A DNA stretch of 64,000 nucleotides from Candidatus Poribacteria bacterium (GTDB lineage: Bacteria; Poribacteria; WGA-4E; WGA-3G): the NCBI GenBank assembly GCA_965242965.1, contig OZ251518.1, positions 2,944,001-3,008,000 on the forward strand, written 5' to 3'. Both the position numbers and the translations under genes were made by a program. A model generated the notes under the pieces. It was given only the letters and a program-made list of their open reading frames with translations, ran no database searches and had not been told where the DNA came from. Shown piece after piece: positions 1 through 9,732 of this stretch (its first letter is position 1; each line of letters begins with the position of its first letter).

Positions 1-44
1 TTTATCATGTTGACGCGCGCCTCGGCGAGAAACATTGGTGGTAA

Positions 45-640
45 TTTTTTGTTGTTCGCAAGGCGTTCGGTAAGGGTTGTCGGTGCAATGGCGTTCTTCT
101 ACGTAATCCGTCATTGACGTTGTCAATGACTACGTTTCCTGGGCTACCGGTAGGAGAGACCTCCTGGTCTCGATGTTCCCGTAGCGCGGGGGCCTGTCCC
201 TCGCGTTGGCCCTCGCCATGCGTTTGGCTGGCAGACCGCCTCACTCCTGTAGGTCAAGATCGCCTGATCTTGACCCGTTTGTGATCAGGCGATCACAAAC
301 TACAGAGGGGAGTGGGTCTGGGGTACGCGAGGCACGGCGAGGGACAGGCCCTCGCCCTACGATGAAGGAGGGCGGCCTTGACAACCGTAGCGCGGGGGCC
401 TGTCCCCCGCGTTGTCCATCGTCAAGCGGCAGCGTTTTAGGTCCTTTAGGTCCTTAATGTCTATAGCAGCACGTGTCGGCCCATGTCAAGGTCCTTTAGG
501 TCCTTAATAAAAAACGCGCGGCCCTGGCAAAAACTATTAAGGACCTAAAGGACCTTAGGATTCTTCGCGGGCGCGCATGCTATAGACATTAAGGTCCTAC
601 GGACCTGAAGAGAACAAGAGACGTTTTTTCCGTAGCGCGA
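45..640. repeat. Cluster of GTAG-palindrome (REP-like) units plus a nested inverted-repeat element (452-594)
   Basis: Units GTAGGAGAGACCTCCTGGTCTCGA, GTAGCGCGGGGGCCTGTCCC.., GTAGGTCAAGATCGCCTGATCTTGACC and GTAGTCATTGACAACGTCAATGAC (minus strand); related units recur elsewhere in the window. Confidence 0.9.
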
Positions 641-715
641 ACGATTTTGATGAGGGTTTGTTGGTGCGCTGACGTTATACTCATCAAAAATGAACGATGC
701 ATTGCGAACGCAAAA

Positions 716-1504
716 ATGTTTTTTTTGACGATTTTCATATTCGGTTTGGCGATGGGCAGTTTTCTGAATGTGTGTATCTATCGCATGCCGCGCGCCGGGA
801 TGTCCATTCATACGCCGCGCCGCTCCTTCTGCACAGCCTGTCGCGAACCGATAAAGGCGGTGGATAACATCCCACTGGTGAGTTATCTGCTGTTGCGAGG
901 AAAGTGCCGGCACTGCCACGCGAAAATTTCAGCGATGTATCCCGCTGTGGAACTGACAACGGCGTTGCTATACCTCAGTCTATTTTGGCACTTTGGGTTG
1001 ACGCTCGATTTTGTGCACGCGCTCATCTTCGTCACGCTGCTCATTCCGATTGCGATGATTGACGCGCAGCACTACATTATCCCGAACGGCATCATCGGCA
1101 CTGGGATGGTTTTGGGGATGCTCATCGTCTCGCTCATCGCATATCAACGAGGCGATGTTGGGTATCTGCTGACACGCCTCATCGGTGCTGTCGCTGGCGG
1201 CACCGTGCTGTGGCTGGTTGCAGTTATCGGTGGCGCGATTTTACGGAAAACGGCGATGGGCGGCGGCGATGTGAAGTTGATGGCACTCAACGGCTTGTTC
1301 CTCGGCGCGTGGCCCGAACTGGCGATGGTGCTCGCTTTGTCGGCGATAGGCGGCGCGGTTATCGGGAGTCTGCTGGTGCTTGCTGGACGCAAGAGTCGGC
1401 AGAGCCCAATTCCTTATGGGCCGTTTCTCGCCGCCGCCGCGGTTATTGTGCTGCTCTGGGGCGATTTGCTCTGGCGGAAATATTTGCAGTTAGTCGGTTT
1501 TTAG
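716..1504 (+). CDS. pilD: Prepilin peptidase / N-methyltransferase (peptidase A24)
   Basis: GSFLNVCIYR, two CxxC pairs (CTAC, CRHC), MGGGDVKL, IPYGPFL and multiple TM helices; start trimmed to MFFLT. Confidence 0.9.
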   Translation: MFFLTIFIFGLAMGSFLNVCIYRMPRAGMSIHTPRRSFCTACREPIKAVDNIPLVSYLLLRGKCRHCHAKISAMYPAVELTTALLYLSLFWHFGLTLDFVHALIFVTLLIPIAMIDAQHYIIPNGIIGTGMVLGMLIVSLIAYQRGDVGYLLTRLIGAVAGGTVLWLVAVIGGAILRKTAMGGGDVKLMALNGLFLGAWPELAMVLALSAIGGAVIGSLLVLAGRKSRQSPIPYGPFLAAAAVIVLLWGDLLWRKYLQLVGF

Positions 1505-1552
1505 ACTTACGCAATTTCATTGAGTATACAAAAATACGGAGGGTTTTTTATC

Positions 1553-2122
1553 ATGGACGTTAAAGACGCGATTCTTTCACGCCGCACGATTTTTAAGTTC
1601 AAACCGGAACCGGTGCCGAACGATGTCATTGAGCAGGTTTGCAGCTACGGCATCTGGGCACCGAACCATCACGTCACCGAACCGTGGCGGTTTACCGTCA
1701 TCGGCGCGGAGACGAAGGAGATTCTCGCCGAACGCTATCGCGAGATTAAAATCGAGGACACGCCAGAACACGTCGATGCCGAGAACCTCGCGAAGATAGG
1801 CGAATTGGCTTACGAGAAGTTCATGTCTAAGCCAACTATCATCGTCGTTTCGTGCCTGCAGGAAGGGGACGAACAGCGGCAACGCGAAGATTACGCCGCC
1901 GCTTGCTGCGCCATGCAGAATGTCCAACTCGCCGCCTGGGACGCGGGTGTCGGCATGCAGTGGAGCACCGGCAGAATCACGCTGGAGGAGCAGACTTACC
2001 GGCTGCTCGGTATTGATGCCGCGCAGGAATACATCATCGGGTTCTTCTATACCGGTTACCCTGCCGAGATTAAGGATCCGAAACGGCAACCTGCAGGGGA
2101 ATTTATGCGTTGGGTGGCCTGA
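1553..2122 (+). CDS. Nitroreductase family protein
   Basis: SRRTIFKF, APNHHVTEPWRF, AMQNVQLAAW; GGAGG RBS upstream. Confidence 0.88.
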   Translation: MDVKDAILSRRTIFKFKPEPVPNDVIEQVCSYGIWAPNHHVTEPWRFTVIGAETKEILAERYREIKIEDTPEHVDAENLAKIGELAYEKFMSKPTIIVVSCLQEGDEQRQREDYAAACCAMQNVQLAAWDAGVGMQWSTGRITLEEQTYRLLGIDAAQEYIIGFFYTGYPAEIKDPKRQPAGEFMRWVA

Positions 2123-2131
2123 ATTCCTATG

Positions 2132-2160
2132 CGATAGGCGCGGTTTCAAACCGCGCCTAC
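2132..2160. terminator. REP-like hairpin between convergent genes, possible bidirectional terminator or mRNA stabiliser
   Basis: GATAGGCGCGGTTTCAAACCGCGCCTAC palindrome between two stop codons; no U-tract. Confidence 0.45.
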
Positions 2161-2165
2161 GGAGT

Positions 2166-3014
2166 TCATTCCGATAGTCCATACGCTGTCTTCGCGTTTT
2201 GTGCGAAAAACTTCGCCGTGATGGACTCCCCCGCCTGCGCCGCCTTTTCGCTGAAATAGGCGTTCACAATCTGTTGCACCGTCGCATAAGAGGCGAAACG
2301 TTCAGAAACGGGCCAGTTACTGCCGTAGATGAGCCTGTCTTCGCCGAATGCATCCCACAAAACGTCGATTGTCGGCGCGTAATAGCCCGGGTCTGACGGC
2401 GCGGGAATTTGCCCTGTATGCTCAGCTAAGCCGGAGACTTTGCAGTAGATATTCGGATAGCGCGCCACTTCGTTGATGGCATCTACCCACGCCGCATCTG
2501 GCGGATTGCCATCAACCCGCACGCCGGCGATGTGGTTAATCACCACCCGCATCGCCGGCGTATGCTCAACCAAAGCCGGTATCGCTGACAGCAACTCCGG
2601 TCCGATTAGTAAATCGAGGGAGAGGTTTTTCTCCGCCAGTTTCTCAAGGTTGCCCAGGACTGTTTTGTCTCCGATGGCTCGGAGATGCCCGCTGCCGATG
2701 CGTATGCCGCGAAAAAGCGGATTCGCCGAGAACCGTTCCAAATCGCGAGCAAAATTAGCATCGTCAGGCTCAAGATGGCCGACGAACCCGACGATGAAAG
2801 GTTCTTCCGCCGCCAAATCGAGAATCCACTGGTTATCTTCAACCCATTTGCTTGCTTCAACGACGACGGTGCCGGTCACGCCTTCTGGCACGGCGAGTGC
2901 TTTGTAGTCGTCGGGCATCACTGTGCGATAAAGGACTTCGTCGTTTGGATTCGGCCACGGCACACCCTCTGGCCGGGAGGGATTGTAGAAATGCGTATGT
3001 GTATCAATAATCAT
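2166..3014 (-). CDS. Amidohydrolase_2 family (sugar lactonase-like)
   Basis: IIDTHTH metal motif, VVINH, CKVSGL, GSNWPV. Confidence 0.88.
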   Translation of the reverse strand: MIIDTHTHFYNPSRPEGVPWPNPNDEVLYRTVMPDDYKALAVPEGVTGTVVVEASKWVEDNQWILDLAAEEPFIVGFVGHLEPDDANFARDLERFSANPLFRGIRIGSGHLRAIGDKTVLGNLEKLAEKNLSLDLLIGPELLSAIPALVEHTPAMRVVINHIAGVRVDGNPPDAAWVDAINEVARYPNIYCKVSGLAEHTGQIPAPSDPGYYAPTIDVLWDAFGEDRLIYGSNWPVSERFASYATVQQIVNAYFSEKAAQAGESITAKFFAQNAKTAYGLSE

Positions 3015-3128
3015 ATTTTTCTTGCCTTCAAAGGACTAGGTAGGAGAGACCTCCTGGTCTCAATGTGGTTCGCGTATTTGCGCGAGACAACTCTTCGCGT
3101 TCTAGGTAGGAGAGCCCTCCCGGTCTCG

Positions 3129-3926
3129 ATGTGGTTCGTATGTTTACTTCTCCTCGCGGCGTGCAATGCGCAGGATAGCGCGCAACAGCGGCGGCGAGAG
3201 TTGCAACGCGATGCCATTCAACTCCGAATGGGCCGCCAGCTCAACCCTACCGATGCGGAGGGACATATTCAGTTAGGACAGGTTTACCATCAACTCGGTG
3301 AATACGAAAACGCGCTGAACGCCTTTCAATCTGCCCTCGCGCTGGATGAACAGCACCCGCACGCCTATAACAACATGGGGCTCGTCTATCTCGATCTACG
3401 GTTCTATTCAGAGGCCATCTCTATGTTCCAAGCCGCGCTTGAAATTGCGCCGTGGAACGCCGCCTTCCTCAACAATTTGGGTTACGCGTATGACAGCGCG
3501 GACAGGTTTGAAGAAGCATTGGACGCGTATCACCGTGCGCTTGAGGCGGACGCTACTTTTGTCGATGCCCATTCCAATCTCGGCGATGCGTATCTGAATC
3601 GCGAGATGTATGCGGAGGCGATTCAGTCTTATGAGCAGGCAGTCGCGCTTGATGCAACCGATGCCACTGTCTATTTTAACCTCGGTTTCGCCTATGAGGA
3701 GAGCGGCGAATTTGCGCGCGCCATCCGGGCTTACGAGAAGGGGCTTTCCCTTGACGAGACAGAGGTAGAGGCTTACTATCGCCTTGCGCATACCTATCAG
3801 AAAAATGGTGATACGCTGATGATGCGCCGCTATTTAGACGATTTCCTGGCACGCGCCGAGGGCATCTCGCATCTTGAAGCGCAATTCAGGGCGGCACAGC
3901 AGATGAAAACCGTCGGTGACCGGTAG
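3129..3926 (+). CDS. TPR-repeat lipoprotein
   Basis: Lipobox LAAC followed by about 6 TPR units (AYNNMG, FLNNLG, AHSNLG, VYFNLG); start uncertain (3063 or 3129). Confidence 0.8.
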   Translation: MWFVCLLLLAACNAQDSAQQRRRELQRDAIQLRMGRQLNPTDAEGHIQLGQVYHQLGEYENALNAFQSALALDEQHPHAYNNMGLVYLDLRFYSEAISMFQAALEIAPWNAAFLNNLGYAYDSADRFEEALDAYHRALEADATFVDAHSNLGDAYLNREMYAEAIQSYEQAVALDATDATVYFNLGFAYEESGEFARAIRAYEKGLSLDETEVEAYYRLAHTYQKNGDTLMMRRYLDDFLARAEGISHLEAQFRAAQQMKTVGDR

Positions 3927-3949
3927 GCCGAGGTAAGCGCGGAGATGAA

Positions 3950-4165
3950 CGTAGGGCGAGGGCCTGTCCCTCGCCAGCGTCCGCACGCCAGGCACTGTAG
4001 GTCAGGATCGCCTGATCCTGACCCGTTTGTGATCAGGCGATCACAAACTACAGAATGGGAAACACACCTCGTGACGATGGACGATCGCGGGGGACAGGCC
4101 CCCGCGCTACGGTAACGGGGGGGGTTCTTCACGCTCGCGGGGGACAGGCCCCCGCGCTACGGTAC
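3950..4165. repeat. REP-like cluster
   Basis: GTAGGGCGAGGGCCTGTCCCTCGCC, paired GTAGGTCAGGATC../GTTTGTGATC..CTAC, and two CGCGGGGGACAGGCCCCCGCGCTAC. Confidence 0.9.
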
Positions 4166-4223
4166 TGTGAGGGTTTCTTGGCAGCAGTGCCTGTCCTTCG
4201 CCGTGCCCCGCGCCTTTCACCGA

Positions 4224-5135
4224 TTACGTATATACCCTCGCGTCTGTCAACCCCTGAATCGGACTACTGTCTTCAATCGGGTTATTTTTGATGCTCACAT
4301 TGTTCAATTTTCCCAGATTAGCGAGAGGCGTGATGTCACTGACCTGATTTTTCGCGAGCCACAAGGCTTCAAGTTCAGTCAGGTTAGCGATGCACGTGAT
4401 GTCGGCAATCTGATTCCCGGCAATCCATAACCATCGGAGGTTTGTCAGGTTAGCGATGCACGTGATGTCACGAATTTTATTCTGCGCGACATGCAGTCCA
4501 GCGAGGTCTGTCAGGTTGACAATTGCCGAGATATCGCGAATCTGATTCTTCCCCAGATACAACCATTTGAGTTGCGTCAGATTCACAAGTGAAGAAATGT
4601 CGCCAATCCGATTGCTACCGAGTTCTAACCGTTCAAGGTTGGTTAGGTTCGCCAGTGGCGCGATATCGTCAATCTCATTTTCCGTGAGATATACCCCTTC
4701 AAGTTGCGTCAAATTCGCGAGTGGGGAAAGATCGCGGATGTGGTTCCGCCTGAGCTCCAATGCCGAGAGTTGCGTCAGATTCGCGAGCGGTGCGATGTCG
4801 CAAACCTGGTTCTTCGGGAGCGTTAACGCCGCGAGGTTCGTCAGGTTAGCGAGGGGTGTGATGTCACCGATGTGATTTCGCCCGAGGTCTAACTCCGCGA
4901 GTTGTGTTAACTTGGCGAGGGGTGCGATATCGCAAATCTGATTTTCCGAGAGGTATAACTCCGTCATATTCGTGGCGTGTTCCAGCCCTGTTAGGTCGAC
5001 TATCTCCTGTCCTTGGGCAACCAAGTAGGTGATTTGTTGCATCGTCTCCTGTGTGAGCGGCGTGCTTGGAGTTATGCGGAGTCTTTCGCGGATAGCATGC
5101 TCTAAGTGGGCATCCGGGATGGCTATAGGTTTCAT
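4224..5135 (-). CDS. Internalin-type leucine-rich repeat protein
   Basis: IPDxxLxxAIR cap plus about 10 22-aa LRRs (LxxLxLxxNxIxDIxPLANLT). Confidence 0.92.
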   Translation of the reverse strand: MKPIAIPDAHLEHAIRERLRITPSTPLTQETMQQITYLVAQGQEIVDLTGLEHATNMTELYLSENQICDIAPLAKLTQLAELDLGRNHIGDITPLANLTNLAALTLPKNQVCDIAPLANLTQLSALELRRNHIRDLSPLANLTQLEGVYLTENEIDDIAPLANLTNLERLELGSNRIGDISSLVNLTQLKWLYLGKNQIRDISAIVNLTDLAGLHVAQNKIRDITCIANLTNLRWLWIAGNQIADITCIANLTELEALWLAKNQVSDITPLANLGKLNNVSIKNNPIEDSSPIQGLTDARVYT

Positions 5136-5247
5136 TTTTATCGCCTCAGTTGAAAAATTAACGTTGTTGTCCCGCGCGGTGTCGGGATGGGAAAGTCTAA
5201 CCTATAATACGTATCCAAGCGCGTTTTCGTTTCATTATTTGGCGAAC

Positions 5248-5430
5248 CGTAGGAGAGACCTCCTGGTCTCGATTCCTCGCGAACGTCCGATGGCGCGCCG
5301 TAGGAGAGTCAGACCGCCTCACCTCTGTAGGTCAAGATCGACCAATCCTGACCCGTTCGGGATCAGGCGATCCCGAACTACAGAGGTGGGCCCAATGCCT
5401 TATCGAGACCAGGAGGGCTCTCCTACCGGT
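5248..5430. repeat. REP-like cluster
   Basis: GTAGGAGAGACCTCCTGGTCTCGA, GTAGGTCAAGATC.. pair and an inverted TCGAGACCAGGAGGGCTCTCCTAC. Confidence 0.85.
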
Positions 5431-5436
5431 CCCAAA

Positions 5437-6939
5437 TTAATACGCATCCAAATCAATCTCCTCCTCACTAAACCGAAGGTGCGACTGATTGACGAGTTCA
5501 ACGATGGCATCCCACTGTGCGCGCGTCGCATCGGAAATCCCCTCGCGTTCCAGTGCCTCGGCGAATTGCGTCAGGTCCTCAATAAACCTATTTTGTAAGA
5601 AGGCGTATTCCTCAGTCTGCGCCGCGTTTTTCGGGGGTTCAAAGTTCAAGATGAGTTTCGCATAAGCCGCCAACTGCTTTGCCGCCGAGACCGCGGACTC
5701 CTTCCCCTCGCCGCTGTCAAAATAGTCGACGACCTCGTAATAGTCTTCTATCATGAGAGCCATGAGTGCCTTCAGGTCTTCGACATCTGTCTCAATCAAG
5801 AGCTCTTCGTTCTCATCATCCTCATCATCTGTTGCACTCGGGAGTTCGCTTTCACCGGTATCCGTAGGCGCGCTTTGTAAGCGCGTATCGGTTGTCTCCA
5901 ATTTCGGGGAACGCGCCCCGAGGATGGTTAACCCCACAATCGCGACAACAGAGAGACTCGTGACTGTCAGCGCGACCGGGCGTTTCCAAAGCACCTCGCG
6001 TTCACTTTTATCTAAGAAGGGTAAAAAAAGCAAGAGCAGGATGCCGACTGTCGGAATCACAAACGTGCCGACGATTTCTAGCGGGCCTTGGAAATACTTC
6101 AGCAGTTGGAACAGAAAGAGGAAATACCATTCTGGCCTCGGGTCATAGTCTGCATTCGTCGGGTCGGCGACATCTTCCAGCGGCACGGGGACAAACAGCG
6201 CGACCGATGCCAGAACCACAAACAGAATCAGCATTCCGAGAACGTCTTCAAATACCTGATGCGGATAGAACGGTTTGCCGGTTTTCATCTCCTCTGGGGT
6301 ATTTCGCGGTTCTCCTGATGAGCCGTAGAACCGGACGAAGAGGAGATGCACACCGACGAGCCCGAACGCAATCCACGGCAGCCAGATGGTGTGAATCGCG
6401 TAAAACCGCGAGAGTGTCACCGCGCCGATTTCTGAACCGCCGCGCAGCACCTTCGCAACGAAATCACCTAATACCGGTGCGGTGCTGGCGATTTCCACGC
6501 CGACGACGGTCGCCCAATACGCTTTCTCATCCCACGGCAGCAGATAGCCGGTGAAGCCGAAGCCGAGCACGACGAGGAGGAGCAGCACGCCGACTATCCA
6601 CGTCAATTCACGCGGGGATTTGTAGGAACTATAAATCACGACGCGGAGCAGGTGCAGGAAAACGACAATCACCATCGCGCTCGCGCCCCAGTGATGCAAG
6701 CCGCGCACGAACGCGCCGAACGGCACTTCTTCGCTGATATAGGTGACAGCGTTATGCGCGTGGTCTGGGGATGGCGAGTAGTAGAGTGCTAGAAACGCGC
6801 CTGTCGCCGCCTGTAGCAACAGGAGAAACATCGCCAAGCTGCCGAGCGAAAAGAGCAGATTGATGTGCTTCGGCAACGGTTTGCGCAAGTGGTTGCCGAT
6901 TTCTGTCAAGGGGAGGCGTTCTTTGAGGAACTGTTTCAT
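5437..6939 (-). CDS. petB: Cytochrome b (fused b6 + subunit IV) with an extra C-terminal helical domain
   Basis: GLHHWGASAM, LHLLRV, GYLLPWD, RFYAIH, PEWYFL; about 150 extra residues after the last TM. Confidence 0.92.
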   Translation of the reverse strand: MKQFLKERLPLTEIGNHLRKPLPKHINLLFSLGSLAMFLLLLQAATGAFLALYYSPSPDHAHNAVTYISEEVPFGAFVRGLHHWGASAMVIVVFLHLLRVVIYSSYKSPRELTWIVGVLLLLVVLGFGFTGYLLPWDEKAYWATVVGVEIASTAPVLGDFVAKVLRGGSEIGAVTLSRFYAIHTIWLPWIAFGLVGVHLLFVRFYGSSGEPRNTPEEMKTGKPFYPHQVFEDVLGMLILFVVLASVALFVPVPLEDVADPTNADYDPRPEWYFLFLFQLLKYFQGPLEIVGTFVIPTVGILLLLFLPFLDKSEREVLWKRPVALTVTSLSVVAIVGLTILGARSPKLETTDTRLQSAPTDTGESELPSATDDEDDENEELLIETDVEDLKALMALMIEDYYEVVDYFDSGEGKESAVSAAKQLAAYAKLILNFEPPKNAAQTEEYAFLQNRFIEDLTQFAEALEREGISDATRAQWDAIVELVNQSHLRFSEEEIDLDAY

Positions 6940-6964
6940 CGTTTTGTTTTCCGAAGGCAGCAAT

Positions 6965-7180
6965 TGAGACCAGGAGGTCTCTCCTACCGGGCCATCACTT
7001 GCATCGAGACCGGGAGGTCTCTCCTACTGTGGGACAGTGCATCGAGACCGGGAGGTCTCTCCTACCAGTAGGAGGGACATCCTTGTCCCGACAGGTAGGA
7101 GGGACATCCTTGTCCCGACAGGTAGGAGGGACATCCTTGTCCCGATAGGGTGTGTGTCGAGTCCGGGCGGTCTCTCCTAC
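6965..7180. repeat. REP-like cluster with a 3x tandem 27-bp GTAGGAGGGACATCCTTGTCCCGA(CAG) unit
   Basis: Three (TC)GAGACC.GGAGGTCTCTCCTAC units, then tandem copies at about 7068-7145. Confidence 0.9.
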
Positions 7181-7182
7181 GG

Positions 7183-7656
7183 CTAATTCTCCTTCACGTA
7201 TAAAACGCCGGCTTCCACTTTGACATCAAATTTCTGCAACGGACGCGGGGGAGGCCCGGCGATGACGGTGCCGTTTTTATCAAATATCGCGCCGTGGCAG
7301 GGACAGAGGAATTCGCCGCGCTGCTCATTCCAACGGACGAGGCAGCCGAGGTGGGAACACGTTCGCGAAAAAACGTTCCACTCGCCATTGCCGATATCAG
7401 TGACATAGACAGAACGCTTTTTCGTGGCCTTCACCCATCCATCTTTCGCCGTGAAGGTATAGTTTACCTTCTTGAATTGGCTATTTTTCAGCCGAGCGAC
7501 CAGGCCCAAGTCAACCCATTTCGATTCGCCTTTTTTGAAGGCGGGTGCAATTGCGAAGCCGATGAGCGGGATGCCGGCGGCGAAGCCGATGATGCCGCCG
7601 ATGCATGCCGTCAGTTTTTCTAAAAATGAGCGGCGCGGCGGGTATTCTTGACTCAT
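7183..7656 (-). CDS. Rieske [2Fe-2S] subunit of a bc/b6f-type complex
   Basis: Tat-like PRRSFL, TM helix, CSHLGC and CPCHG motifs; adjacent to cytochrome b. Confidence 0.92.
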   Translation of the reverse strand: MSQEYPPRRSFLEKLTACIGGIIGFAAGIPLIGFAIAPAFKKGESKWVDLGLVARLKNSQFKKVNYTFTAKDGWVKATKKRSVYVTDIGNGEWNVFSRTCSHLGCLVRWNEQRGEFLCPCHGAIFDKNGTVIAGPPPRPLQKFDVKVEAGVLYVKEN

Positions 7657-7719
7657 GAGGTTCTCCTGTTGAGACGAGGCGTTCTCTGTTACCAAGTGGT
7701 TTTTGGTTGTGACACGAAT

Positions 7720-7945
7720 GCGAGGGACAGGCCCTCGCACTACGGTGGCGAGAAGTTTTTGGCCCGTAGCGCGGGGGCCTGTCCCCCGCGATCGTTCGAT
7801 CTGCGCGAAAACCGCACGCCAGCCACGGCCGCTGCCCCGCCAGAGGCATGGCGAGGGGAACCCGCTCGCCATGCGCGTGTGGCATGCGAGGGCCCTCGCC
7901 CTACGGTGCCAGCGGCACGTTGAGCGATTTATGAAACACCCTCAT
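7720..7945. repeat. REP cluster ending in the TTATGAAACACCCTCA terminal motif
   Basis: GTAG palindromes plus ACGTTGAGCGATTTATGAAACACCCTCA. Confidence 0.85.
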
Positions 7946-7959
7946 GTAACCTTCCGAGG

Positions 7960-9027
7960 CTACCGTTTCCGCGTTTGGCCTTCAAACGGCGCGCGCAAAT
8001 CGTATCTGCCTTCTTCCAAGACAGGCAGCGTGCCGTCGTTCACCATCAATTCCAGCGGCAATTCCTTCGTCTCTAGTGGCATCGTGACGACGTTTTTGAT
8101 GCGCAGCGATTCGTAAATCGCCATCATAATCTCAATCGTGTAGCGCGCCTGAACGCCGCTGCCACGATGGTTGTCGATTTTTCCCTCTATCCATTCGGTG
8201 AGTTCTTGGAACTGATTTTTCGGTTCCGAGGGCGGCGTGATTTGCTGCCATCCCTGCGCGTCACCGTTTTGGAGGAGGAGGGTCCCGTCCGGTCCGGTCC
8301 GAATCATGCCTTCGGTGCCAGCGATTTTCGGCATAGAGACGTTCGGTTCCGGCAGGTCACCTTCGTAGATGCCGCGTGCGCCGCCTTCAAAGCAGACGAG
8401 GCCCATACAGAGGTCTTCGCAGATTGTGCGGCGTTCCCACCGGTCGGTAGTGCGCGCAGTCTGGCCGATTACCCATAATGTCTCCGGATCGGACAAGAGG
8501 AACCGCCAGCCATCGATTGCGTGTGTGCCGGTGTTCAGCAGTCCGGCGTGCGGTTTGGCGCGATGGTGCACCGTCGTCGGTTCTCCAATTGCGCCAGCTG
8601 CGACGAGTCGGCGCGCTTCGATGTTCGCGGGTGCGTATCGTCCCTGATGCCCGATGACGAGTTTCACGTTATTCGCCTCGCAAGCGGCAAGCATCTCGTC
8701 GGCTTGTCCGAGGGAGGCGGACATCGGTTTCTCGCCGATGATGCCTTTCACGCCGGCGTTTGCGGCGGCTACCGTGGCTTCTGCCCGCGGTCCCTGCCAC
8801 GTCGTGATAGAGACGATGTCCAAGTCTTCCTTCGCTAACATTTCATTCACGTCGGTGTAAATCGCGGGGACATCGTATTCGTCTGCGACGCGCTTCGCCG
8901 ATTCTTCGTAAATATCTGCCGCGGCGACGACGGTGGCGTTCGGCTGTTTTGTCCAGGCTCTGGAGTGGGAGCGTCCCATCCCGCCGCATCCGATGATGCC
9001 GATTCGGTATGTCTGGTTGGTTTCCAT
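7960..9027 (-). CDS. Gfo/Idh/MocA family oxidoreductase
   Basis: IGIIGCGGMG, GEKPM, GTHAID. Confidence 0.9.
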   Translation of the reverse strand: METNQTYRIGIIGCGGMGRSHSRAWTKQPNATVVAAADIYEESAKRVADEYDVPAIYTDVNEMLAKEDLDIVSITTWQGPRAEATVAAANAGVKGIIGEKPMSASLGQADEMLAACEANNVKLVIGHQGRYAPANIEARRLVAAGAIGEPTTVHHRAKPHAGLLNTGTHAIDGWRFLLSDPETLWVIGQTARTTDRWERRTICEDLCMGLVCFEGGARGIYEGDLPEPNVSMPKIAGTEGMIRTGPDGTLLLQNGDAQGWQQITPPSEPKNQFQELTEWIEGKIDNHRGSGVQARYTIEIMMAIYESLRIKNVVTMPLETKELPLELMVNDGTLPVLEEGRYDLRAPFEGQTRKR

Positions 9028-9167
9028 AAGTTCTGCCTCCTGTGTCCATCTTGTGGGTATTTTAGCAACTTTCGTCATTTTTTTCAACAAAAAAAAGGAA
9101 AATGTGTTATACTATGCATAGTGGCGATGTCCTGAACAAGAATTGAAACCGCTCAGCGAGAAATTAT

Positions 9168-9687
9168 TGAGGGTGTTTCATATTTCAATGTCTGCCCGGT
9201 AGGCGCGCCCGGTCTTGATGTCTTCCCGGTAGGAGAGACCTCGGGTCTCGATGTTCCCGTAGCGCGGGGGCCTGTCCCCCGCGTTGGCCATCGTCAGGAG
9301 TGGGCGTTTTAGGTCCTAAAGGACTAAAAGAACCAGAGACGTTTTTCCGTAGCGCGAACGATGGCGAGGGACAGGCCCTCGCCCTACGGTGAGGGGGATG
9401 GCGTTTTTTCATCGTAGCGCGGGGCCCCTCGGATGCCATACGCGCATCCGAGCGGGTTTCCCCCGCGATCACCATCGTCACGATGTGTTTACCTCTCTGT
9501 AGTTTGTGATCGCCTGATCACAAACGAGTCAGGATCAGGCGATCCTGACCTACAGCGGTGAGGCGGTCTGACAGCCAAACGCATGGCGAGAGACAGGTTT
9601 CCCTCGCCCTAAGTGAAGGGGAGGCGTTTTTTCACCGGAGCGCGGGGCCTGTCCCCGCGACGTTGAACGAATTATGAAACCTCCTCG
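9168..9687. mobile_element. MITE-like element: TIR-bounded REP cassette
   Basis: Left TGAGGGTGTTTCATA, right TATGAAACCTCCTC; interior made of REP modules; non-coding. Confidence 0.65.
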
Positions 9688-9732
9688 CTTAAATTGCTGT
9701 GAAGTTTTTATTGCCTATAGAGGAAATAGCAA

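Noticed and set aside
7068-7145. Tandem 27-bp palindromic repeats as a CRISPR array
   Set aside because: No unique spacers and no cas genes; the unit is a GTAG-REP.
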